Source: a bacterium (GTDB lineage Bacteria > Bacteroidota > Ignavibacteria > UBA10030). Taken from it: a stretch of DNA of 19,927 bases. Of this stretch, positions 9,323 to 18,053 are shown in pieces; position 1 is the first letter of the stretch; the number at the start of each line of letters is the position of its first letter. The notes below the pieces were generated by a model. That model made no database searches. It was given only the letters and a program-made list of their open reading frames with translations, and was not told where the DNA came from. The DNA is taken from assembly GCA_043803945.1 (NCBI GenBank), contig JAZDJN010000050.1, positions 1-19,927 on the forward strand. The letters are read 5' to 3'. Made by a program: the position numbers and the translations under genes.

Positions 9323-12307
9323 CTATTTTCTCCCCGGTTTCAGGATCACACCCTTATTTTTATGTCCATTGATCTTTGCAATCAAAGGAGTATCGAACCG
9401 TAAATGACGCACATATTTGTATTCCTCGAGCGGTCGCTGCTCGCGCAGCCATTCCCAGTCGATGAATCCCTCATGATGCATCACACTGACGGTGAAATAG
9501 CCGACCCGGAAGGAGGTGATATTCTGGAAGAAATGAGAACCCTGGGAAGGGGTGACATCGATATCCCTGAAACCAGTTTCGACGATAACACGTGCACCGG
9601 AGATTTGGTCCCACGAGACCGGTATACCGAGCCATGGATCGAGACTGCCCCATCGGCCAACACCGATTAAAAGGTACGGCCTCCGGTCGTCCACGAGTTT
9701 TGAATTGAGCACACTGACCTCATACGCTGCTTCAACGCTGCGACCGCGATCATAGCAATCAATATCGACATAGACGATGTCATACATGTCCTGGATAACT
9801 CCATTCCCGAGAACCTGTTGGCTCTGACAGATGAGATCCTCCACCATCACTTTTTCCACATCCAACTCCTCCAGTTCGAGACTCAGAACAAGGGGGCGGA
9901 TTTGAAGCATGGCGAATTCTTTCGGCAAGACAGGAGGAACATTCATATTCACTGCAAACTCAACTTCAATGTGAGTACCCATACCCCACGAGCCCATCTC
10001 AAGGATGAGATCCAGGATCTCGGGAAGCGGGAAGATCTTATGTTTCAAGACAGGAGCGAACGTCACCACACGTTTTCCCATACGAGAAACGCCATCGTAG
10101 ACCGCTTCATCTTCCGGCGAGTAGGTGGATCCCACGTAGTATATGGTATTATCCTCCTCCGCTTTCATCAGTGTGTACCGCTTCACAAGCTCTTCTGGAT
10201 TCAGATGGTAGCGATGATCCACTTTCGCCGTTAAGTCGAGAGCAAGAAATTCCTGCTGTGCATTCCGAATAGTTTCTGTGGTTGAAAAGAATTGAAGAAG
10301 ATGGCGCGGATATTTCGGACAGAAACGAACTGTATTCCCTCCCTCAACCACGGTCTTTCCCAAACCAAGTGCCACCAGGGCAATCCCATCCTCCGACTTC
10401 TGCGGAGGAACGGGATAAAAGTTATACGACTTTGCAACTCCGGCAAACTCGGGATAGAATCGATTGTGGTGATTCGAACCAACCATCCGTTGAATGATCA
10501 CCGCCATTTTTTCTTCTTCAAGCCGATAGGGTGTGGCTTTCATGTAATCTCGCGCCTGTCGGGAATATGTCGAGGCGTACACAAGTTTCACGCTGTCAAG
10601 CAATTCCTGCATCCGGACATCGATATCGGGATCGTTGTTCGGAATCATGAACGTCTCGTACACACCGGCGAAGGGCTGGTATTGTGAATCTTCCAGCAGG
10701 CTCGATGAACGGACCGCAAGAGGGAAGGTGATGATCTCCAGAAATTCTCTCAGTTTCACCAGCACCTCAGGAGGAAAATACTGGGCGTCGAGAAATCGGG
10801 CCTTCAACTCCGTATCGTCATTTGCCTGAAGGACGTAATTGTCGAGCTTATTCTCTTTGAGAAATCTGTCAAACACATCGGTCGCAATCACGACCGCAGA
10901 GGGGACACTAATCTCGACCCCTTCAAATCTATCTCTGACACTGTAGTTATTAATGAGCGTATTGACAAAGCCAAGGCCGCGGGCTTTTCCACCAATCGAT
11001 CCCGTACCAATGCGGGCCAGGCTGTTATGCGGTTCAAACGATTCTTTCGTAAAGTCGGTAATAACGCCACGCTGCCGGCCTTCCCGATATACGCGAATCG
11101 AATCCAGCAATTCTCTTCGAAGCTCATAGACGGAGGCAAAGTCTTCAACCTTGTGCGGCCGCAATCGATGGGCGAGCCAGAACTCCGTTCGGGCTTTTAA
11201 CCAGTTGGAGAAGTGATTCCGCTCAGCATGGTAGCGTATCGATTCATCTGGAACGACCCGTAATTGTTCCTCCAGCGTGATCAGATTTGTCGCTCTCCCA
11301 ACCTCCGAACCGTCGGTCAGGCGAAAGATAAAATCACCGAAGCCGAAGTTGTTCATCACATAGGCACTCAGTTCATGGAGCAGGCGCGGCGATCCCTTTT
11401 GCAGAAAGGCCGTTCCGAATTCACGGGCAAGCTCTGCCGCTTCGACATTACTCGACTGCAGCAGGAATGGAATGTCTTCCCTCTGTTTACGAACAGCACG
11501 TGCAAACGCGAAACCAGCCTCAGGATCCTTCACACCATTGTGCAAAAAATTGATATCGGAGATGATGCCGAGGACATAGTTCTCATGCTTTTCAAAATAG
11601 GACCATGCTTCTTCGTACGTTGAACAGAGAAGGATTTTCGGCCGTGCACGCATTCGGAGAAACCGGTGTGTGAGATTAATCCCTTCGGAAATCAACCGGC
11701 GCGATTGATTGAAGAGTTCGGTATATAGTAATGGGAGGTAGGAAGAGTAGAACGTCACATCATCTTCGACAAGGATGATGCATTGAACACCGACATTTTT
11801 CGTATCGCTCTCGACGTTCAGTTTGTCCTCAATATACTTGATCATGGCAACAAGCAAACGATAGTCGCCATGCCAGATAAAAATACGATCGAACATCGAA
11901 GTGTCCGAACTGGTTGTCAGTTCCAGGCGCTCACGATTGTCATACGCCAGCAAGAGAATTGGCGTTTCGATTCCCATGCTCTTGACGCGTTGGGCAAACC
12001 GAATCACATGCATATCCTCGATATGCAACGTTGTGATGATAAGGTCGAAATGTTCTCCCGCTGCGAGCAGCTCGAATGCTTCATCGCCGCTTGTGACATG
12101 GGTAATTTCGGGCGGGTGACTGAGGTTGAGAACCTGGAACTCCGAACGGATCAACTCATAGAGCTGGCCATCTTCCTCAAAAAGATACTGATCGTACAGG
12201 CTTGCCACCAACAGAATGTCGCGCACCTTATACCGCATTAATTTCTGAAACGATTTAATGCGGCTTCCATACACATCTTCAAGGTTTAGTTGATCAAGAC
12301 GTTCCAT
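9323..12307 (-). CDS. Receiver-domain / PPDK_N ATP-grasp / phospho-His swivel protein, paralog 2
   Basis: Collinear with 1064..4075 over the whole length: GGKARGLG, PLAVRSSSLLEDSQYQPFAGVYET, HAERNHFSNWLKARTEF, GRWGSLDPWLGIPV and SQGSHFFQNITSF. Confidence 0.92.
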   Translation of the reverse strand: MERLDQLNLEDVYGSRIKSFQKLMRYKVRDILLVASLYDQYLFEEDGQLYELIRSEFQVLNLSHPPEITHVTSGDEAFELLAAGEHFDLIITTLHIEDMHVIRFAQRVKSMGIETPILLLAYDNRERLELTTSSDTSMFDRIFIWHGDYRLLVAMIKYIEDKLNVESDTKNVGVQCIILVEDDVTFYSSYLPLLYTELFNQSRRLISEGINLTHRFLRMRARPKILLCSTYEEAWSYFEKHENYVLGIISDINFLHNGVKDPEAGFAFARAVRKQREDIPFLLQSSNVEAAELAREFGTAFLQKGSPRLLHELSAYVMNNFGFGDFIFRLTDGSEVGRATNLITLEEQLRVVPDESIRYHAERNHFSNWLKARTEFWLAHRLRPHKVEDFASVYELRRELLDSIRVYREGRQRGVITDFTKESFEPHNSLARIGTGSIGGKARGLGFVNTLINNYSVRDRFEGVEISVPSAVVIATDVFDRFLKENKLDNYVLQANDDTELKARFLDAQYFPPEVLVKLREFLEIITFPLAVRSSSLLEDSQYQPFAGVYETFMIPNNDPDIDVRMQELLDSVKLVYASTYSRQARDYMKATPYRLEEEKMAVIIQRMVGSNHHNRFYPEFAGVAKSYNFYPVPPQKSEDGIALVALGLGKTVVEGGNTVRFCPKYPRHLLQFFSTTETIRNAQQEFLALDLTAKVDHRYHLNPEELVKRYTLMKAEEDNTIYYVGSTYSPEDEAVYDGVSRMGKRVVTFAPVLKHKIFPLPEILDLILEMGSWGMGTHIEVEFAVNMNVPPVLPKEFAMLQIRPLVLSLELEELDVEKVMVEDLICQSQQVLGNGVIQDMYDIVYVDIDCYDRGRSVEAAYEVSVLNSKLVDDRRPYLLIGVGRWGSLDPWLGIPVSWDQISGARVIVETGFRDIDVTPSQGSHFFQNITSFRVGYFTVSVMHHEGFIDWEWLREQRPLEEYKYVRHLRFDTPLIAKINGHKNKGVILKPGRK

Positions 12308-12381
12308 AGAGTATCATTTTAGAAGATTCGTATTTACTCAATATGTCTAATTATGTATTGCATGTCTCATTTTTTTCTCCA

Positions 12382-12506
12382 CCCCCCCAAAGGGGGCCGG
12401 CCCGCTCCACCGAAGCGGGAGCGAGGCTAGAGGGAGATTTCGAAGATTTTCTTTCTCTTGAGTAAAACCAAATCCCCCTTCCTCCCTTTATGAAAGGGGG
12501 AAATTT
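12382..12506. repeat. REP-like composite of CCCCC..AAAGGGGG hairpins
   Basis: CCCCCCCAAAGGGGG, CCCGCT..AGCGGG, AGGGGAGATTT..AAATCCCCCT and CCCTTTATGAAAGGG nested inverted repeats in intergenic DNA. Confidence 0.5.
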
Positions 12507-12660
12507 ACTCCTCATACGTACGTCTGTTCAGTATCCAATTGATACAGTGTTTTACTCAGGTGATACAGAAGTCACATTGAGCCAGTGAATATCATGCTAA
12601 GCAATTACGAAAATTCAAAAACATTTACCGCAACAGGAATCTGGTCAACAAGCAACATTG

Positions 12661-12757
12661 CCACAGAGTCACCGAGAACACAGAGAACATCATTTAAAAT
12701 TATTGACAAGAGAACAAACATCTATCATTCTCGGTGACCTCCGTGTCTCCGTGGTGG
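12661..12757. repeat. Inverted arrays of 9-bp units (CACAGAG-type miniature element)
   Basis: CCACAGAGT CACCGAGAA CACAGAGAA, an AT-rich spacer, then TTCTCGGTG ACCTCCGTG TCTCCGTGG. Confidence 0.6.
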
Positions 12758-12792
12758 ACTTTTCGGCCAGGTTTCTAGCCCCACCCTAATAT

Positions 12793-12835
12793 AAAAAAAG
12801 AACGCGCAGGAAGGCAATGAACCTTTCTACGCGTT
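12793..12835 (-). terminator. Intrinsic terminator after the second family-I gdh
   Basis: Minus strand AACGCGTAGAAAGG-ttcattg-CCTTCCTGCGCGTT followed by C and T7. Confidence 0.8.
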
Positions 12836-12861
12836 GAAGAATGTGCGCATGGAACAATGAG

Positions 12862-14202
12862 TTATACCAAACCCTGCTCCAGCATAGCGTTGGCAACCTT
12901 TAAAAAGCCGCCAATATTTGCACCAACCACATAATTCCCCGGCTGACCGAATCGTTCCGCGGTCTGGACACAGGTCTTATGAATGTTGATCATAATCTGA
13001 TGCAAACGCTGATCGACCTCTTCCCTCGGCCAGGGGAGGCGCATGCTGTTCTGACTCATCTCCAGTCCAGACGTAGCAACACCACCGGCATTGGATGCCT
13101 TGCCGGGAGCGAAAAGGATTCCGGCATTGTTGAAGATTTTAAATCCTTCCATCGTGGTCGGCATATTGGCACCTTCGCAGACACACATACAACCATTCTT
13201 GACAAGTTCCTGAGCATCTTGTTCATTCAACTCATTCTGCGTAGCACACGGAAGCGCAATATCGACCTTTACACTCCAAGGTCGTCGATTCGGAACAAAT
13301 TCAGCCTTGAATTTTTCGGCATAGTCTTTCACCCGATCATTTGCACTCGCCCGAAGCTCGAGCATATAGTCAACCTTCTCGCCCGTCACTCCATCTTTAT
13401 CATAGACGAATCCATCTGGTCCGGAGAGAGTTACAACTTTACCGCCGAGCTGGTTCACCTTGAGAACGGCACCCCATGCAACGTTCCCGAATCCGGAAAC
13501 AGCAACAGTTTTTCCCTCAAAGGTTTGCCCCTTGGTCTTGAGCATTTCCTGTGTAAAGTAAACAACACCAAATCCTGTTGCTTCAGGACGGATAAGCGAA
13601 CCACCCCAATTCAATCCTTTACCCGTGAGGACGCCAGTGAATTCTTTGGTAAGGCGTTTGTACTGACCGAAGAGATATCCGATTTCGCGTCCACCGACTC
13701 CGATATCGCCGGCTGGAACATCAATGTCGGCACCAATGTGCCGGTATAACTCCGTCATGAAACTCTGGCAGAAGCGCATCACTTCGTGATCGCTTTTTCC
13801 TTTCGGATCGAAGTCCGATCCACCCTTGCCGCCACCCATAGGAAGTGTGGTGAGACTATTTTTGAAGACCTGTTCGAAGGCAAGGAATTTCAGGATGCTT
13901 AACGTGACCGAGGGGTGAAATCGTAATCCACCTTTGTAGGGGCCGATTGCACTGTTCATCTGAATACGGAATCCACGGTTCACATGGATGTCGCCCTGAT
14001 CATCCATCCAGGGGACACGGAAAATGATTACACGTTCCGGCTCGACGATCCGTTCCAGAATTCGTGCTGCGCGATATTCAGGATGACGCGCAAATACCGG
14101 TTCGAGTGATTCGAAGACTTCTTCTACAGCCTGAAGAAATTCAGGTTCATTTGCATTCTTCGCTTTTACCTGTGCGTATACATTGTTAATATATTCGGAC
14201 AT
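12862..14202 (-). CDS. gdh: Family-I glutamate dehydrogenase with NAD-type (Clostridium symbiosum-like) fingerprint, 446 aa
   Basis: Same catalytic-domain motifs as gdhA. The coenzyme domain reads VSGFGNVAWGA..KVVTLSGPDGFVYD. GAGGA RBS before ATG 14202. Confidence 0.95.
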   Translation of the reverse strand: MSEYINNVYAQVKAKNANEPEFLQAVEEVFESLEPVFARHPEYRAARILERIVEPERVIIFRVPWMDDQGDIHVNRGFRIQMNSAIGPYKGGLRFHPSVTLSILKFLAFEQVFKNSLTTLPMGGGKGGSDFDPKGKSDHEVMRFCQSFMTELYRHIGADIDVPAGDIGVGGREIGYLFGQYKRLTKEFTGVLTGKGLNWGGSLIRPEATGFGVVYFTQEMLKTKGQTFEGKTVAVSGFGNVAWGAVLKVNQLGGKVVTLSGPDGFVYDKDGVTGEKVDYMLELRASANDRVKDYAEKFKAEFVPNRRPWSVKVDIALPCATQNELNEQDAQELVKNGCMCVCEGANMPTTMEGFKIFNNAGILFAPGKASNAGGVATSGLEMSQNSMRLPWPREEVDQRLHQIMINIHKTCVQTAERFGQPGNYVVGANIGGFLKVANAMLEQGLV

Positions 14203-14317
14203 ACATTCCTCACAATTTCTCTATTATGGTTAACCAGTCACGATCGGTTGGTTGGCGCATCCACCCGACTTCTTCTATTTTCAAACAATTAGAAAGAAGC
14301 AGTGCGAATCTGGGATA

Positions 14318-14348
14318 CAAATATATATTCTTTTTTCAGAGAGGGCAA
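14318..14348 (-). promoter_or_regulatory. Candidate promoter for the NAD-type gdh
   Basis: Minus strand TTGCCC-17 nt-TATATT(TG). TATATTTG also fits the Bacteroidota TAnnTTTG -7 element. It lies between the upstream terminator and the start codon. Confidence 0.45.
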
Positions 14349-14415
14349 TAGAAGATTCTGCTCCGGTATTAAGAATTCCTAATTATCGATACTGCGAACG
14401 AGAGCAGGTGTTGAT

Positions 14416-14458
14416 AAAAACACAAAAGGGACAATCTTGTTGGAATTGCCCCTTTTGT
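14416..14458 (-). terminator. Intrinsic terminator (possibly bidirectional) after the beta-propeller/Ig gene
   Basis: Minus strand ACAAAAGGGGCAAT-loop-ATTGTCCCTTTTGT followed by GTTTTT, 19 nt after the stop codon. Confidence 0.8.
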
Positions 14459-14477
14459 TTTGCATCATATCTTCGAA

Positions 14478-14752
14478 TTACTTAATCAAAATGACTTTTT
14501 TAGAAGAGATGTAACGTTGCGTGCTTTCAACCGATTCCGTGAAAAGCCTCACTAAATAGATTCCGCTCGGCTCGCTGTTGGCAACCCAACGCACTTCATA
14601 GTATCCCTGTGAGCGTTCACCATCGATGAGCTCAGCGACCACTTTCCCAAGCATATTAACAACTTCAAGCCTGACCTTGCTCCGTTCCGGAATACCAAAA
14701 CGAATCTTGGTTGATGGATTGAAGGGATTCGGATACGCTTCATGCAAGATGA
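14478..14752 (-). repeat. Copy 1 of a ~275-bp duplicated C-terminal sorting-domain segment
   Basis: Aligns without gaps (offset 3301) to 17779..18053, with long identical runs and mostly synonymous differences. Confidence 0.85.
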
Positions 14753-17423
14753 GGTCATCCGGAACCAGGTTTAAGAACTCCTCGATACCCGTCGGAGTAG
14801 AAGTGTCCACGGTGAAGGCATTTGATAGCGTTCCAGAACCTCCACCGGGCGCTCCGTTTGTCACAACAACAGAACGTGCGCCGGTTGCGGCTGTGGTGGC
14901 AATCGTAATGTTTGCGGTGAGCTGCGTCGGGCTTGTGACAAGAACCTGATTCACCACGATATCCGCGCCAAAGCTTACTGTAGTCATGCCCGTTGCAAAA
15001 TTCGATCCTGTTACAACCACATTCAGTTTGCTGCCGCGTCCAGCTTTTGCAGGTTGAATGCCCACAATACTCGGAAGTGCGTTACCGACAGTAAAGAGAT
15101 TCGATTTCATGACCGTCCCTCCACCAGGGGAGCTATTGATTATCCAAATATCTCTCGCTCCAAGCAAAGCATTCATACTGATTATGATATTAGCCGTCAA
15201 TTGTGTCATGCTATTTATGGAAAGAGAATTTATTGTGATCCCTGCATCTCCTGCAAAGCTCATTGATGTCACACCTGGGAAAAAATTGGATCCGGTCGCA
15301 GTGAGATTCATTGTCTCGCCGCGATTACCGCTCGAGGGTGAAACCGATAGAAATGTAGGCGCCGGATTGGTTATAGAGAATGTTTGCGAGGATACAATAG
15401 AACCCCCACCTGTAGCTACATTCGTAGCCGTAATTGTGCGAGGACCGGTCACCGCCTCATATCCAATCGTGAGATTGGCAGTGAGTTGTGCCGGACTGTT
15501 GACAGTAACGGAATTCACTGTAACGCCGATTCCAAAGTTGATGCTCGTTACCCCCTGGATGAAGTTTGTGCCTGTGATGACAACATCTAATGTCTGTCCC
15601 CTCATACCCGAAGTTGGAGTGAAGCTGGTGATTGCTATTGCTGAGCTGATAGCAAATTCCGAAAGAGGGCGACGCCAGACAGCGCTTCCACCAGTCCCGG
15701 CATAGAGGTTACTTCCACTCACTACCAATGCATTGATCGTCAGATTATTCAATCCGGTGCTTACAGAATACCAATTTGTGCCATTGTTCGTTGAGAGGTA
15801 TACGCCTCCGCTATAAGTTCCGGCAAAGAGATTGGACCCGCTTACTGCGAAGGTCTGGGTCTCACTCGTTGAGACATTTGTCAGTTTGCTCCAACTGATT
15901 CCATCATCCGACGAAGAATAGATCATTCCTGCGCCTAATCCTGCAAATATTTTCCCTTCACACATGCCAAGAGAATAGATGTGTTCCTTCGAGAGATCAC
16001 CTGAAGTAGGCCCCACCCAATTCGCTCCGTCATCTGTTGATCGATAAACACCGCTTCCTGTTCCAACAAACACGATTCCATTTTTTGCTATGAGGCAGTT
16101 AACACTCTTGTTTGTTAAACCGGTATTCATCGGGAGCCAGCTCGCTCCATAATTGTCGGAACGAAAAACTCCTCCTCCGTAAGTTCCAGCAAACAGTTTT
16201 TGACCATTGACTGTAAGCGCTCTAACATCAGATGTTGTCAATCCTGTATTCACAGAATTCCAGGTCGATCCCTTATCATTAGAAAAATACACTCCATTTT
16301 TCGTTCCGATAAAAAACCTGCTATCGCTGATTAATATGCGAGTGATATATATCTCAATACCCGAATTCGCAGGCTCCCAAATTATTCCATCATTTGTCGA
16401 TCTATGGACACCGTCATTGGTGGTGCCTGCATAAATTGTTGTTCCATCGGCAGCTAAAGCTATAACAGTGGAGGCGTTGATCCCATCACTGGCAGAGGTC
16501 CAATTAACGCCATCGTTAGTAGAACGAAATACACCTCGACTCCATGTACCAGCAAAGAGAGCGCCTCCATTGAGAAAGAGGCAAGCGATGGCATTGCTTT
16601 TCAATCCAGAAGTGTACACATCCCAGCTCGATCCATTATTGGTTGTTCGATATACTCCGCCACCCCAACTGCCGACATAGATTATTCCTCCCGAGGCAGT
16701 CATAGAATAAATGCTCTTATTTGGTATCCCTGAATTCACCTCCGACCAGCTTGCTCCATCATCGGTAGAACGGAAAATACCGCCACCCCAGGTCCCGGCA
16801 AAAAGATTTCCCGCAGTGGCAGCGAGACAATACACACTTGTATTAGTCAACCCTGTGCTTTTCGAGACCCAACTTGTGCCGTTATCGGTTGTGCGAAAAA
16901 CGCCATTATAGGTTCCTACGAAAATACTTCCATTGTAGATAGCGAACGAGTATATAATATTATCTGTCACCCCGGTATTTGCCGGACTCCAACTTGCCCC
17001 ATTATCTGTTGAACGAAAAACTCCTCCTCCGTTAGTCCCTGCAAAAAGAAAAGATCCGTTAACAATAAGAGTACGAATGCTGAGATTGGTCAATCCGGAG
17101 TTCGATACAGTCCAATTAGCCCCATTGTCGATAGAGCGAAAAACACCTCCACCATAAGTGCCGGCAATTACATTTGCGCCACTAATGGCAAGAGCATACA
17201 CTCTACTGGATGTCAGTCCTGTGTTTACCGAAATCCATTTTGTGCCATTATCCGAAGACCGAAAGATTCCGCCATGTGTTCCAACAAATAGATTTGAGCC
17301 GCTTACTGCAAAACAATTGATAGGTCCACCTTGCGGTCCACTTGTGGGTATCCACTGGGAGAATGCAAAGGAGGGGCAGATAAGAAAAAACAGTACGATA
17401 CTGAAGCGTGATGAGGTGTGCAT
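14478..17423 (-). CDS. Secreted protein: BNR/Asp-box double beta-propeller (14 blades) + 3 IPT/TIG-like Ig domains + T9SS-type C-terminal domain
   Basis: Signal peptide ending ..AFS|QW. Fourteen ~39-aa repeats of the form FAGTxGGGVFRSxDxGxxW. Three ~94-aa P..G.RG.T....TG.NF..G.T repeats. C-terminus AYPNPFNPST..KKVILIK. Confidence 0.92.
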   Translation of the reverse strand: MHTSSRFSIVLFFLICPSFAFSQWIPTSGPQGGPINCFAVSGSNLFVGTHGGIFRSSDNGTKWISVNTGLTSSRVYALAISGANVIAGTYGGGVFRSIDNGANWTVSNSGLTNLSIRTLIVNGSFLFAGTNGGGVFRSTDNGASWSPANTGVTDNIIYSFAIYNGSIFVGTYNGVFRTTDNGTSWVSKSTGLTNTSVYCLAATAGNLFAGTWGGGIFRSTDDGASWSEVNSGIPNKSIYSMTASGGIIYVGSWGGGVYRTTNNGSSWDVYTSGLKSNAIACLFLNGGALFAGTWSRGVFRSTNDGVNWTSASDGINASTVIALAADGTTIYAGTTNDGVHRSTNDGIIWEPANSGIEIYITRILISDSRFFIGTKNGVYFSNDKGSTWNSVNTGLTTSDVRALTVNGQKLFAGTYGGGVFRSDNYGASWLPMNTGLTNKSVNCLIAKNGIVFVGTGSGVYRSTDDGANWVGPTSGDLSKEHIYSLGMCEGKIFAGLGAGMIYSSSDDGISWSKLTNVSTSETQTFAVSGSNLFAGTYSGGVYLSTNNGTNWYSVSTGLNNLTINALVVSGSNLYAGTGGSAVWRRPLSEFAISSAIAITSFTPTSGMRGQTLDVVITGTNFIQGVTSINFGIGVTVNSVTVNSPAQLTANLTIGYEAVTGPRTITATNVATGGGSIVSSQTFSITNPAPTFLSVSPSSGNRGETMNLTATGSNFFPGVTSMSFAGDAGITINSLSINSMTQLTANIIISMNALLGARDIWIINSSPGGGTVMKSNLFTVGNALPSIVGIQPAKAGRGSKLNVVVTGSNFATGMTTVSFGADIVVNQVLVTSPTQLTANITIATTAATGARSVVVTNGAPGGGSGTLSNAFTVDTSTPTGIEEFLNLVPDDLILHEAYPNPFNPSTKIRFGIPERSKVRLEVVNMLGKVVAELIDGERSQGYYEVRWVANSEPSGIYLVRLFTESVESTQRYISSKKVILIK

Positions 17424-17648
17424 AAAGAATCTCCATAAGAATGAGTGGTGGGAAAAGAAAGAGACACATAAAATCGATACGCTATGATATTTCTATAACG
17501 GTTCTCGGAATCAGAGCTTAAGGGAGGTATGGATATTCTCGTGTACTCCTAATTACCTAAGCTGTGACTTTTGCAGCGATGCAACCTTGATCTTCGAGGA
17601 CACATATACATGCTCGCTGACGTTCTTCGTGCTTCCGCCCAAAAAATG

Positions 17649-17692
17649 CCTGCCTGCTGCTTGCCTGTCGGCAGGCAGGGCGGACAAGCAGG
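17649..17692. repeat. REP-like CCTGCCTG..CAGGCAGG palindrome, apparently nested
   Basis: Inner CTTGCCTGTCGGCAGGCAGG (17660-17679) sits inside an outer CCTGCCTG...ACAAGCAGG. Confidence 0.55.
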
Positions 17693-17778
17693 TGAGCCTG
17701 CAATTATACTAACGATTACGCTGAGTAGTTACATGAAATTCTATCCTGATGAAATAGTCTCTATTTAATTTTCCTCCG

Positions 17779-18053
17779 TTATTTAATGAGTATTACTTTT
17801 TTCGATGCTACATACCGTTGTGTGCTTTCAACCGATTCCGTAAAGAGCCTCACCAAATAGATTCCGCTCGGCTGGCCGTTGGCAACCCAACGCACTTCAT
17901 AGTAGCCCTGTGAGCGTTCACCATCGATTAGCTCAGCGACCACTTTCCCAAGCATATTAACAACTTCAAGCCTAACCTTGCTCCGTTCCGGGATACCAAA
18001 ACGAATCTTGGTCGATGGGTTGAAGGGATTGGGGTATGCTTCATGTAAAATGA
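17779..18053 (-). repeat. Copy 2 of the duplicated C-terminal sorting-domain segment
   Basis: Protein is identical to copy 1 from ILHEAYPNPF through EVRWVAN. Confidence 0.85.

Noticed and set aside
12531-12545. GTATC-CAATT-GATAC as an NtcA/GlnR-type nitrogen box
   Set aside because: Spacing is GTA-N9-TAC rather than N8, and it is short enough to be chance.
12979-13749. Long antisense ORFs over the gdh genes (also 4136..4642)
   Set aside because: Antisense open frames are common over GDH genes because of codon bias, and there is no independent evidence for them.
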